From an uncultured Clostridia bacterium (GTDB lineage: Bacteria > Bacillota > Clostridia > TANB77 > CAG-508): DNA of 64,000 nt. Location of the stretch: contig CANRES010000002.1 of NCBI GenBank assembly GCA_947629625.1, positions 1,652 to 65,651 on the forward strand, given 5' to 3'. The first letter of the stretch is position 1; each line of letters begins with the position of its first letter. Under the pieces are notes generated by a model. It made no database searches, had not been told where the DNA came from, and saw only the letters and a list, made by a program, of their open reading frames with translations. Shown piece by piece: positions 21,937 to 29,988 of this stretch. Made by a program: the position numbers and the translations under genes.

Positions 21937-22120
21937 AAATTGAAAATAATTTTTTTGAAAAAAGGTAACCATTTATATTCTAAGATATGACAAAAAAATT
22001 TTTTTTCTGACAAAAATTTTTTAATTAAAAAATCTTGAAATATCAAAAGTTATAAGATATAATATTAACATAAATTTAGCAGTTACTTATAGACAAAAAT
22101 TAAAAAGTGGTGAATAAAAT

Positions 22121-22738
22121 ATGGATTTTAATGAAATTTTAAATAATATAAATGAAAATTGTGTAAAAATTCAAAAAAAGAATTTTAAAAAAGGAGATAT
22201 AATTACATATTATATTGAAAATAGAAAACAAATCTGCATATTAATATCAGGAAAAGCAGATTTAATTAGATATGATAAAGATGGAAATAAAGATATAATA
22301 GAAAATTATAATGTAAATGATATATTTGGAGAAACATTTTACCCTGTAAATACTAATAATGAGCTATTTGTACAAGCAACTGAAAATTGTGAAGTATTAA
22401 TATTTCTATATGAAGATATTAAAATGAAATGTAAAAACAACTGTAAATATCATCAAATTTTAATATCAAGTTTATTAGAACTTGTTATAAATAAATCAGT
22501 ACATCAAAATTCAAGAATTGAAATATTATCAAAAAGAACAATAAGAGAAAAACTATTAAGTTATTTTTCAATATTATCAACAACAAGTTCTAGTAAAACA
22601 GTAATATTACCATTTTCATTAACAAATTTAGCAGATTATTTAAGTGTAGATAGAAGTGCAATGATGAGAGAAATAAAAAACTTAATAACAGAAGGTTTTA
22701 TATCTAAAAATAAAAATAAGATAAAAATTTTGTATTAA
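22121..22738 (+). CDS. Crp/Fnr-family transcriptional regulator (cNMP-binding + HTH)
   Basis: N-terminal beta-roll region and C-terminal HTH LSVDRSAMMREIKNLITEGFI. Confidence 0.75.
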   Translation: MDFNEILNNINENCVKIQKKNFKKGDIITYYIENRKQICILISGKADLIRYDKDGNKDIIENYNVNDIFGETFYPVNTNNELFVQATENCEVLIFLYEDIKMKCKNNCKYHQILISSLLELVINKSVHQNSRIEILSKRTIREKLLSYFSILSTTSSSKTVILPFSLTNLADYLSVDRSAMMREIKNLITEGFISKNKNKIKILY

Positions 22739-22819
22739 TTTTATAAAATTATTGTATAAACTTTCCAAAATATATTATAATAAAAAGAGCAGAGAAAATG
22801 CTAGAAGGGAGAAAAAAGT

Positions 22820-24088
22820 ATGAATCATATACAAGAACAAATAAAGAAAAGCATAACACTTCATATAATAAAAACAGAAAAATTTAAAACAAACCTATTA
22901 GCCGTATATTTAACAACACCATTACAAAAAGAAACAGTAACACTAAACGCATTAATACCAGCAGTATTAAAAAGAGGAAGCAAACACATGCAAACCTCAG
23001 AAGAAATAAGTAAAATTCTAGAAGAAATGTATGGTGCAACTTTTGACTGTGGTATAGATAAAATAGGAGATAATCAAGTATTAAAATTTTATTTAGAATC
23101 AATAAATAATGAATTTTTACCAACACAAGAAAATTTATTACAAGAAAGTATAAATAAACTATTAGAAATAGTATTCAATCCATTAATAGAAGAAAACAAA
23201 TTTAAAGAAGAATATGTAAATAGTGAAAAAGAAAATCTAAAACAAATAATAGAAGGAAAAATAGATAATAAAGCACAATATGCGTTTACAAGATGTATAG
23301 AAGAGATGTATAAAAATGAACCTTACGGACTATATAAATATGGATATGTAGAAGATTTAGCAAGTATTGATTCTAAAAAACTATATGAACAATATAATGA
23401 ACTACTAAAAACCTGCAAAATAGATATATTTATTTCAGGAAAAGTAGAAGAAAACATATTAAATTTAATAAAAGAAAATGAAAATATACAAAAAATAGAA
23501 GAACATGAAGCAAAATACGTTGTAAATAGCATAAAAAAACCTCAACAAAAAGAAATAAACACAGTAGAAGAAAAAATGGAAATATCACAAGGAAAATTAG
23601 TAATAGGGTTAGATATAGATGAAGAAACAAAAGAAGCAAAATATGTTGCTACAATTTACAATGCAATACTAGGAGGAATACCAACATCAAAAATGTTTCA
23701 AAATGTTAGAGAAAAAGCAAGTTTAGCATATACAGCAAGTTCAAGTTATTTAAAACACAAAAACAATATATTTGTAAGATGTGGTATAGAAATATCAAAT
23801 TATGAAAAAGCATTAGACTTAATAAAACAACAAATTGAAGATATGAAAAAAGGAGAATTTACAGAAGAAGATATAAACAGTGCAAAAACAAATATAATAG
23901 CAACAATTAAATCAATTCCAGATGAGCAAGACACAGAAATTTCATATTATTTTGGACAAGAATTATCAGAAATAAAAATGAATTTTGAAGAATATGAAGG
24001 AAATATTAACAAAGTAACAAAACAAGATATAATAAACTTTGCAAATAAAGTTAAAATAAATACAATATACTTTTTAAAAGGAAATTAA
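22820..24088 (+). CDS. M16-family peptidase, non-catalytic partner subunit
   Basis: M16 fold without an HxxEH motif; paired with the downstream catalytic M16. Confidence 0.7.
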   Translation: MNHIQEQIKKSITLHIIKTEKFKTNLLAVYLTTPLQKETVTLNALIPAVLKRGSKHMQTSEEISKILEEMYGATFDCGIDKIGDNQVLKFYLESINNEFLPTQENLLQESINKLLEIVFNPLIEENKFKEEYVNSEKENLKQIIEGKIDNKAQYAFTRCIEEMYKNEPYGLYKYGYVEDLASIDSKKLYEQYNELLKTCKIDIFISGKVEENILNLIKENENIQKIEEHEAKYVVNSIKKPQQKEINTVEEKMEISQGKLVIGLDIDEETKEAKYVATIYNAILGGIPTSKMFQNVREKASLAYTASSSYLKHKNNIFVRCGIEISNYEKALDLIKQQIEDMKKGEFTEEDINSAKTNIIATIKSIPDEQDTEISYYFGQELSEIKMNFEEYEGNINKVTKQDIINFANKVKINTIYFLKGN

Positions 24089-24141
24089 AGGTTTATGGGT
24101 AACCTTTTAAAAACCTAAATAAATTAAAAGGAAATAATAAT

Positions 24142-25419
24142 ATGCAAATAATAGAAAATTTAAAAGTTAAAGAAAAGTTATATATTGAAAAATTAGAAAA
24201 TGGTTTAACTGTAATGATTATTCCAAAGAAAAATATACAAAAAAAATATGTAATATTTGGAACAAATTTTGGTTCAATAGATAATCATTTTATAGACCCA
24301 AAAACAAATGAAGAAATAAAAATTCCAGATGGAGTTGCACATTTCTTAGAGCATAAAATGTTTGAACAAAAAAGCGGAAAAAACAGTTTAGATACTTTAT
24401 CTGCATTAGGAGTTGATGCAAATGCATATACAACAAATGACCATACAGCATATTTATTTGAAACAACTGAAAATTTTTATGAAGCATTAGACGAATTAAT
24501 GGATTATATACAAAATCCATATTTTACAGATGAAAATGTAGAAAAAGAAAAAGGAATAATAGGTCAAGAAATAAAAATGTACGAAGATCATCCGGGATGG
24601 CAAGTATATCTAAACACGATGAAATGTATGTATAAAGAAAATCCAGTAAGAGATGATATAGCAGGTTCAATAGAATCAATATCTGAAATTAATAAAGAAA
24701 TATTATATACATGTTATAACACATTTTATAACCCATCAAATATGGCATTAGTAGTATGTGGAGATTTTGAGCCAGAAAATCTTTTAAAAGAAATAAAATC
24801 AAGATTAATAGAAAAAGAAAAACAAGCAGAAATAAAAAGAATATATCCCCCAAAAGAAGAAAAAATATTACAAAAAGAAAAAACAGTAAAAATGGAAGTA
24901 AATACGCCATTATTTATGATAGGATTTAAAGATAATCCACAAGAAAAAGAAAATATTGTGAAAAAACATATTGCAATAGAAATAATTTTAAATATATTAT
25001 TAGGTCAAAGTTCAGAATTATACAAAGAACTATATGAACAAGGAAATTTAATATCAACACCAGATTTAGATTATGAATTTTCAAAACAATATGCACATAT
25101 ATTAATATCTGGGCAATCTAAAAATCCAAAGGAAATAGTTTTGAAAGTTACAGAAAAAATACAAGAATTAAAGAAAAATGGTATAAATGAAGAAGAATTT
25201 AATAGAATAAAAAAGAAAATTTATGGAAATTATGTAACAGAATATAATAGTGTTGCAGAAATTTCAAGAATGTTTTTAGCAGATTATTTTAAAGGAATAA
25301 ATAGTTTTGACTATCTAGAAAACTATAATTTAATTACCTTAGATTATACAACACAAATTTTAAATGAAATATTTACAGAAGAAAATATGGTAGTTTCAAT
25401 AGTTGAAACAAATTTATAG
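24142..25419 (+). CDS. M16-family zinc peptidase (insulinase-like), catalytic subunit
   Basis: Inverted zinc motif HFLEH near the N-terminus. Confidence 0.75.
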   Translation: MQIIENLKVKEKLYIEKLENGLTVMIIPKKNIQKKYVIFGTNFGSIDNHFIDPKTNEEIKIPDGVAHFLEHKMFEQKSGKNSLDTLSALGVDANAYTTNDHTAYLFETTENFYEALDELMDYIQNPYFTDENVEKEKGIIGQEIKMYEDHPGWQVYLNTMKCMYKENPVRDDIAGSIESISEINKEILYTCYNTFYNPSNMALVVCGDFEPENLLKEIKSRLIEKEKQAEIKRIYPPKEEKILQKEKTVKMEVNTPLFMIGFKDNPQEKENIVKKHIAIEIILNILLGQSSELYKELYEQGNLISTPDLDYEFSKQYAHILISGQSKNPKEIVLKVTEKIQELKKNGINEEEFNRIKKKIYGNYVTEYNSVAEISRMFLADYFKGINSFDYLENYNLITLDYTTQILNEIFTEENMVVSIVETNL

Positions 25420-25459
25420 TTACAATTCACAGTTTAGATTAATTTATAATAGCAAAATA

Positions 25460-25510
25460 GCAGAAGTTTAATATAGTATTTTTTATATATTAAACTCCTG
25501 CATTTTTTTA
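25460..25510 (+). terminator. Rho-independent terminator after the M16 pair
   Basis: gcagaagtttaatata...tatattaaactcctgc stem followed by a T7 run. Confidence 0.6.
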
Positions 25511-25566
25511 TTGTATAGGAAAAATCGAAGATTTTTCTGTATACAAAAAGGTTAATTTAAATTGGG

Positions 25567-25632
25567 CTGTGCATATTTGCGAAGCAAAATGCACATGTGT
25601 GCGTCGAAAGCTTTGCTTTCGCTAACGCACAA
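25567..25632. other. GC-rich nested-palindrome element (possible structured RNA or island boundary element)
   Basis: gcgaagcaaa...tttgctttcgc outer stem, gcacatgtgtgc inner palindrome, aaagcttt palindrome. Shares the TGTGCATAT 9-mer and the GCACA(T) motif with the 20760-20845 region. Confidence 0.35.
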
Positions 25633-25836
25633 TTTTCTTATTAAGGTATTAAAAATTTGACTTAATAATTTGTATTTTGTCCTTTTTTGTTGTAAAAAAA
25701 ATTTTTGCAAAGAAAAGTGAAAAAAAAGCAGAAAAAATGACGAACGAAAAGTTAAGAAAATTATGACATTTTATTGACTTTGCTGTAAGAATATGTTAAT
25801 TTTAAATTAGAAATTATCAAAAAAGGAAGTGGTTTT

Positions 25837-25992
25837 ATGTTAAATGATGATATTTGTAAAAAAAGAGATGAATTAAACAAAAGTATATTAGATGGAAAAG
25901 ATTACAAAATAATTTATCAATTGAGCGTAGAACTAGATGAATTAATTGCAAAATACTATAAAGAAGAAAAAGAAACAGTAATTTCTATATAA
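25837..25992 (+). CDS. Spo0E-like sporulation regulatory protein (51 aa); not in the ORF track
   Basis: MLNDDICKKRDELNKSILDGKDYKIIYQLSVELDELIAKYYKEEKETVISI. RBS aaaggaagtgg. The SxELDxLIxxYY motif is typical of Spo0E-family aspartyl-phosphate phosphatases. Confidence 0.5.
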   Translation: MLNDDICKKRDELNKSILDGKDYKIIYQLSVELDELIAKYYKEEKETVISI

Positions 25993-26033
25993 TAAATTAA
26001 TATATAAAAATGAGAAAAAATCTCTAAAACATA

Positions 26034-26061
26034 TTTACATTTTGAAAAAATATGGTATAAT
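26034..26061 (+). promoter_or_regulatory. Sigma-A-like promoter TTTACA-N16-TATAAT upstream of the AbiL-like pair
   Basis: Sequence match only. Confidence 0.35.
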
Positions 26062-26105
26062 AATTGAAGGAAAATATATAATAATTATATATTATGGAGG
26101 AAAAT

Positions 26106-27437
26106 ATGTTATTAGAATTTAAAATAAAAAATTACAAATCATTTTATAATGAAACTGTAATAAGCATGTTTGCAAATAGTGCAAAAAGAGATTATACAGA
26201 ACGTCTAATCAAAATAAATAAAACTAGTAATAAAAAAGTATTACCGTCAATGGTAATATATGGAGCAAACGCAAGTGGTAAAACTTCTATAATTTCAGCA
26301 ATAAATTTGCTTAAACAGATAATAATAAATGGAACAATAAAAAAACAAATAAAAAATAAAGAAATACAAGAATTGGATATATGCTCTTTTATACATGACA
26401 ATAAGAAAATGAATGAACCAATGCATTTAGAAATTACATTTAAAACAAAAAATTATATATATAATTATGCCTTAGATATAGTTGCAACATATTTAAAAAA
26501 GGATAGAAAAATAGTTAATGAAGAACTAAATATTGTAGAATTTAAAAACATTGGCACATCCATTAAAGAAACAAAAACTAATATTTTTAAGAGAAACGAA
26601 AATAGTGTAGAAATAAATAAAAACAAAGAAATTATGAATATATTAGAGAAAAAAGAAAATTTTATAGATGAAGCAAATAATTTAGAAAAAAGATTAAGCG
26701 AAAATTTAGATAAAGAAGATTTATTTTTAACAGCAGGATTTAAATCAATGATAAATCTAAAAATGTCAAATGATGTGTTAAATTGGTTTCAAGAACAACT
26801 AATAACAGTAGTTGATTTTAACGAAAAAGAACCCTTAGTAAATTTTAATGATGAAAATAGTGAAGACATAATTGTATATAGAAATAAAATGTTAGATAAA
26901 CTTATAAAAATTGCAGATTTTGGACCACAAGAATTTGGATATATCAAAGATAATAGTACAGGTAAATATACGTTAAATTCATTTTATACACCAAAGGGAT
27001 CTAAAGCAGGTATAATTATAAATTCTAAAACTATTGAATCAAAAGGTACACTAAAATTAATTGATTTTTGGATTACATTTATGGAATACTTTAAAAAAGG
27101 TGGAGTGTTTATACTAGATGAATTAGATTGTTCAATACATCCAGAATTAATAGGAGGAATTATAGATTTATTCAATAATAAAGATATTAACATTAATAAT
27201 TCTCAATTAATTTTTAATACTCATAACCCATTATATTTACAAAAAAGATTTTTTAGAAGAGATCAAATAATGTTTGTGGAAAAAGATGAAGAAACATATA
27301 TGAGTAGTACTTATAAATTATCAGATTTTGATTTAAGAAATGATGTTAATTATATGAAAAATTATTTTGAAGGAAAATTCGGAGCACTTCCTTTTATAGA
27401 TTTTGAGTCAACTCTTAATAAAGAAGGGGTTGATTAA
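26106..27437 (+). CDS. AAA_21/ABC-type ATPase, AbiLi-like abortive-infection component
   Basis: MLLEFKIKNYKSF..., Walker A GANASGKTS, Walker B FILDELD and H-loop near the C-terminus. 1-nt gap to the RloB-like partner. Confidence 0.7.
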   Translation: MLLEFKIKNYKSFYNETVISMFANSAKRDYTERLIKINKTSNKKVLPSMVIYGANASGKTSIISAINLLKQIIINGTIKKQIKNKEIQELDICSFIHDNKKMNEPMHLEITFKTKNYIYNYALDIVATYLKKDRKIVNEELNIVEFKNIGTSIKETKTNIFKRNENSVEINKNKEIMNILEKKENFIDEANNLEKRLSENLDKEDLFLTAGFKSMINLKMSNDVLNWFQEQLITVVDFNEKEPLVNFNDENSEDIIVYRNKMLDKLIKIADFGPQEFGYIKDNSTGKYTLNSFYTPKGSKAGIIINSKTIESKGTLKLIDFWITFMEYFKKGGVFILDELDCSIHPELIGGIIDLFNNKDININNSQLIFNTHNPLYLQKRFFRRDQIMFVEKDEETYMSSTYKLSDFDLRNDVNYMKNYFEGKFGALPFIDFESTLNKEGVD

Positions 27438-28013
27438 ATGATAAAAAGAGAATATAGATGTTTTTTTGAAGGGCAACAAGAAAAAATGTATTTTGAACAT
27501 GTAGCAAAGAAAATAAAGGAAGTTAATCCAATAGTAAGTATAAAATTTAAACCAGTAGAAAAATTAATTGTTTTAGAGAAAAGTTCAACAGATGTACCAA
27601 AAATAGCGGTATTTGATTATGATATGAATAAAATAGAATTTGAAAGAAAAATAAAGATATGCAGGAAAACTAATATTTTATATTCTAATCTTAATTTTGA
27701 TTTATGGTTATTATTACATAAAGTGAATTTTAGTAAAAATGTTCAACATAATGATGCATATAAAAATTTAATAATAAAAAATTTTAATTTAAGAGAAAAT
27801 TGCAATATAAAAACTAAAGCTAATATGGAAAAAATATTAGAGCAAATTGATATAAAAGATATAAAAAATGCAATAAAAAATTCTGAGCAAATAATGAATA
27901 ACAAATTAGAGGAAGATAAAATAACTATTAGAAAAAATTTCTATTATTATGAAAATCCTTCAATGAATATAAATGAATTTTTTAAAAGACTTTTTGAAGA
28001 AATAAAAGTATAA
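27438..28013 (+). CDS. RloB-like/AbiLii-like protein (Toprim-like), partner of the AAA_21 ATPase
   Basis: N-terminus EYRCFFEGQQEKMYFEH resembles the RloB CEGxxTExxYF motif; translationally coupled to the upstream ATPase. Confidence 0.6.
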   Translation: MIKREYRCFFEGQQEKMYFEHVAKKIKEVNPIVSIKFKPVEKLIVLEKSSTDVPKIAVFDYDMNKIEFERKIKICRKTNILYSNLNFDLWLLLHKVNFSKNVQHNDAYKNLIIKNFNLRENCNIKTKANMEKILEQIDIKDIKNAIKNSEQIMNNKLEEDKITIRKNFYYYENPSMNINEFFKRLFEEIKV

Positions 28014-28025
28014 TGTAGAAAAATG

Positions 28026-28054
28026 TTGAAAAATAAAAAATAATCATATATAAT
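28026..28054 (+). promoter_or_regulatory. Promoter TTGAAA-N17-TATAAT for pilin-like gene 1
   Basis: aaaatgTTGAAAaataaaaaataatcataTATAAT. Confidence 0.5.
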
Positions 28055-28086
28055 ATATTATAGAAAAAGTAAAGGAAGGAAGAAAC

Positions 28087-28464
28087 ATGGTAAAAAAAAT
28101 AAGCATATTTTTAATAGTAATAACATTATTATTAACTATGATACCAATAAAAACATATGCATCAGGTTTAGCAACAGAAATAATAGATCCATCAACATAT
28201 GGTGCAGGAATAGAATCAACTAGGGATTCATCACAAGTTTTGGCAATAGTAAACCCAATATTAGGTGCTGTATATTACATAGGAATTTTTATATCAGTTG
28301 GAGCACTTATATTAATAGGAATAAAATATATGATGGGAAGTATAGAAGAAAAAGCACAATATAAAGAAACCTTATTTCCATATTTAATAGGTGCAGTATT
28401 ACTATTTGGAGGAATAAATATACTAAGAATAATATATAACATAGTAATAAAAACGATAAAATAA
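28087..28464 (+). CDS. VirB2/TrbC-like candidate T4SS pilin, paralog 1 (signal peptide + 2 TM)
   Basis: Signal peptide ...TYASG, then TM1, then YMMGSIEEKAQYKETLFPY loop, then TM2. Confidence 0.55.
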   Translation: MVKKISIFLIVITLLLTMIPIKTYASGLATEIIDPSTYGAGIESTRDSSQVLAIVNPILGAVYYIGIFISVGALILIGIKYMMGSIEEKAQYKETLFPYLIGAVLLFGGINILRIIYNIVIKTIK

Positions 28465-28494
28465 AGTAATATAACTATATTTTTCAAAAAAATG

Positions 28495-28523
28495 TTGAAA
28501 TATTAAAAAAAATGTTGTATAAT
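28495..28523 (+). promoter_or_regulatory. Promoter TTGAAA-N17-TATAAT for pilin-like gene 2; same AAAATGTTGAAA -35 region as gene 1
   Basis: 12/12 identity of aaaatgttgaaa with 28020-28031. Confidence 0.5.
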
Positions 28524-28557
28524 TAATTAAAGTGTGATTTAATGGGAGATGAGATTA

Positions 28558-28959
28558 ATGAAAAAAAATTTAATAATACAAGTAATAACCATACTATTAA
28601 TAATCTCTACATTAATATTTTACATACCAACAATATCAAAAGCATCAATAATAGGAGATGCATTTGAAAATGGAGATGGCTTTTTACAAACACAACCAGA
28701 TCAAACTATTCAAGATATGGTTGATGATACCAAAATAATAAAAACATCAAAAGATATATATAATCTTTTAATGATAATTGCAATAGTAGTAGCATCAATA
28801 GTAGTACTAGTATTAGGAATACAATTTATGGCAGGTAGTGTAGAACAAAAAGCAAAAGTTAAAGAAATGCTAATGCCATTTGGAATAGGATGCGTAGTTA
28901 TATTTGGCTCACTAGTAATATGGCGAATAGTAATATCAGTAATGTCATCTATAATGTAA
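28558..28959 (+). CDS. VirB2/TrbC-like candidate pilin, paralog 2
   Basis: Same architecture: ...LGIQFMAGSVEQKAKVKEMLMPFGIG.... ATG at 28558 sits 9 nt after GGGAG; the track's 28549 start is too close to the RBS. Confidence 0.55.
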   Translation: MKKNLIIQVITILLIISTLIFYIPTISKASIIGDAFENGDGFLQTQPDQTIQDMVDDTKIIKTSKDIYNLLMIIAIVVASIVVLVLGIQFMAGSVEQKAKVKEMLMPFGIGCVVIFGSLVIWRIVISVMSSIM

Positions 28960-29032
28960 GTTTTTAATGTTTTCTTATTAGAGTATAAGAAAGTTAAAAT
29001 ATAAATAAAAGAATAAAAAAGGAGGAAAAAAT

Positions 29033-29452
29033 ATGAAAAAATCAGTAAAAATAATGTCTATATTAATGATAGCATTAATGGTAATATCTGTTGCATTACC
29101 TATATTTGCAACTACAATTGATGGAGTAGAAGTAAGACCAGATATGAGTTCAATACAAGGTTCAACAGCAGGTAATAGTTTATCAAAAGTATTAGGTGCA
29201 TTAAGATACATAGGAATATTTGCAGCAGTAGCAATTCTTATGGTACTTGGTATTAAATATATGATGGGAAGTGCAGAAGAAAAAGCAGAATATAAGAAAA
29301 CTTTAATACCTTATATGTTAGGTGCAATACTATTATTTGCAGCATCATTCATAGTAGGAATAATAGCAGATGCAACAAACAAAGTTACACAAACATCTTC
29401 ATTAATTGAAAGTGGAAAAGTTTTAGCATCAACAATAAAAGCATTAGTATAA
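29033..29452 (+). CDS. VirB2/TrbC-like candidate pilin, paralog 3
   Basis: ...LGIKYMMGSAEEKAEYKKTLIPYMLGAILLF...; RBS aaaggagg. Confidence 0.55.
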   Translation: MKKSVKIMSILMIALMVISVALPIFATTIDGVEVRPDMSSIQGSTAGNSLSKVLGALRYIGIFAAVAILMVLGIKYMMGSAEEKAEYKKTLIPYMLGAILLFAASFIVGIIADATNKVTQTSSLIESGKVLASTIKALV

Positions 29453-29461
29453 TATTAAAAG

Positions 29462-29495
29462 AAAGAAATTCCTTTATGGAATTTCTTTTTTTTTT
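29462..29495 (+). terminator. Rho-independent terminator after the pilin triplet
   Basis: gaaattcc-ttta-ggaatttc followed by T10. Confidence 0.75.
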
Positions 29496-29518
29496 GAAAA
29501 ATTTAACAAAACTACAAA

Positions 29519-29552
29519 AAAATACATTTAAAACAAAATGTATTTTTTTTTC
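29519..29552 (+). terminator. Second tandem terminator
   Basis: aatacattt-aaaacaa-aatgtatt followed by T9. Confidence 0.65.
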
Positions 29553-29560
29553 GATTTTTA

Positions 29561-29590
29561 TTTACAAATAACATTATTATTTGATATAAT
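29561..29590 (+). promoter_or_regulatory. Promoter TTTACA-N18-TGaTATAAT (extended -10) for the T4SS-like operon
   Basis: tttacaaataacattattatttgatataat. Confidence 0.5.
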
Positions 29591-29640
29591 ATATATGAGT
29601 TAAAATAGGTTTTTTATAAAAATACTAAGGAGGCGTTTAA

Positions 29641-29988
29641 ATGGGAACATATAACATACCTAGAAACGTTAAAGGAGAAGGAAGAATATTATATATATTT
29701 TCAAAAAAAGGTATCATATATACAATGGTAGGAGCATTAATAGGAACACCTTTTTATTTATTATTCAATTCAATAGGAATAACATTTGTAGGAGTAATAA
29801 TAATAATTCTTTTAGCATTAATAGGATTTATAATAGGAACATTTAAGGTACCAGAAACAACAGCATTTGAAATAACAAGAAAAACCGGCGGAGAAAATAT
29901 AGATGATGTAATAAAAAGAGCCTTCAAATTCTATAAAAATAGAAGAAGAATATATATCTATAAAGAGGAGGAAACAAAAGATGAGTAA
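29641..29988 (+). CDS. PrgI/VirB3-like small 2-TM conjugal transfer protein
   Basis: 115 aa with two central TMs; sits two genes upstream of the VirB4-like ATPase, as in pCF10 and Tn916-type loci. Confidence 0.55.
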   Translation: MGTYNIPRNVKGEGRILYIFSKKGIIYTMVGALIGTPFYLLFNSIGITFVGVIIIILLALIGFIIGTFKVPETTAFEITRKTGGENIDDVIKRAFKFYKNRRRIYIYKEEETKDE

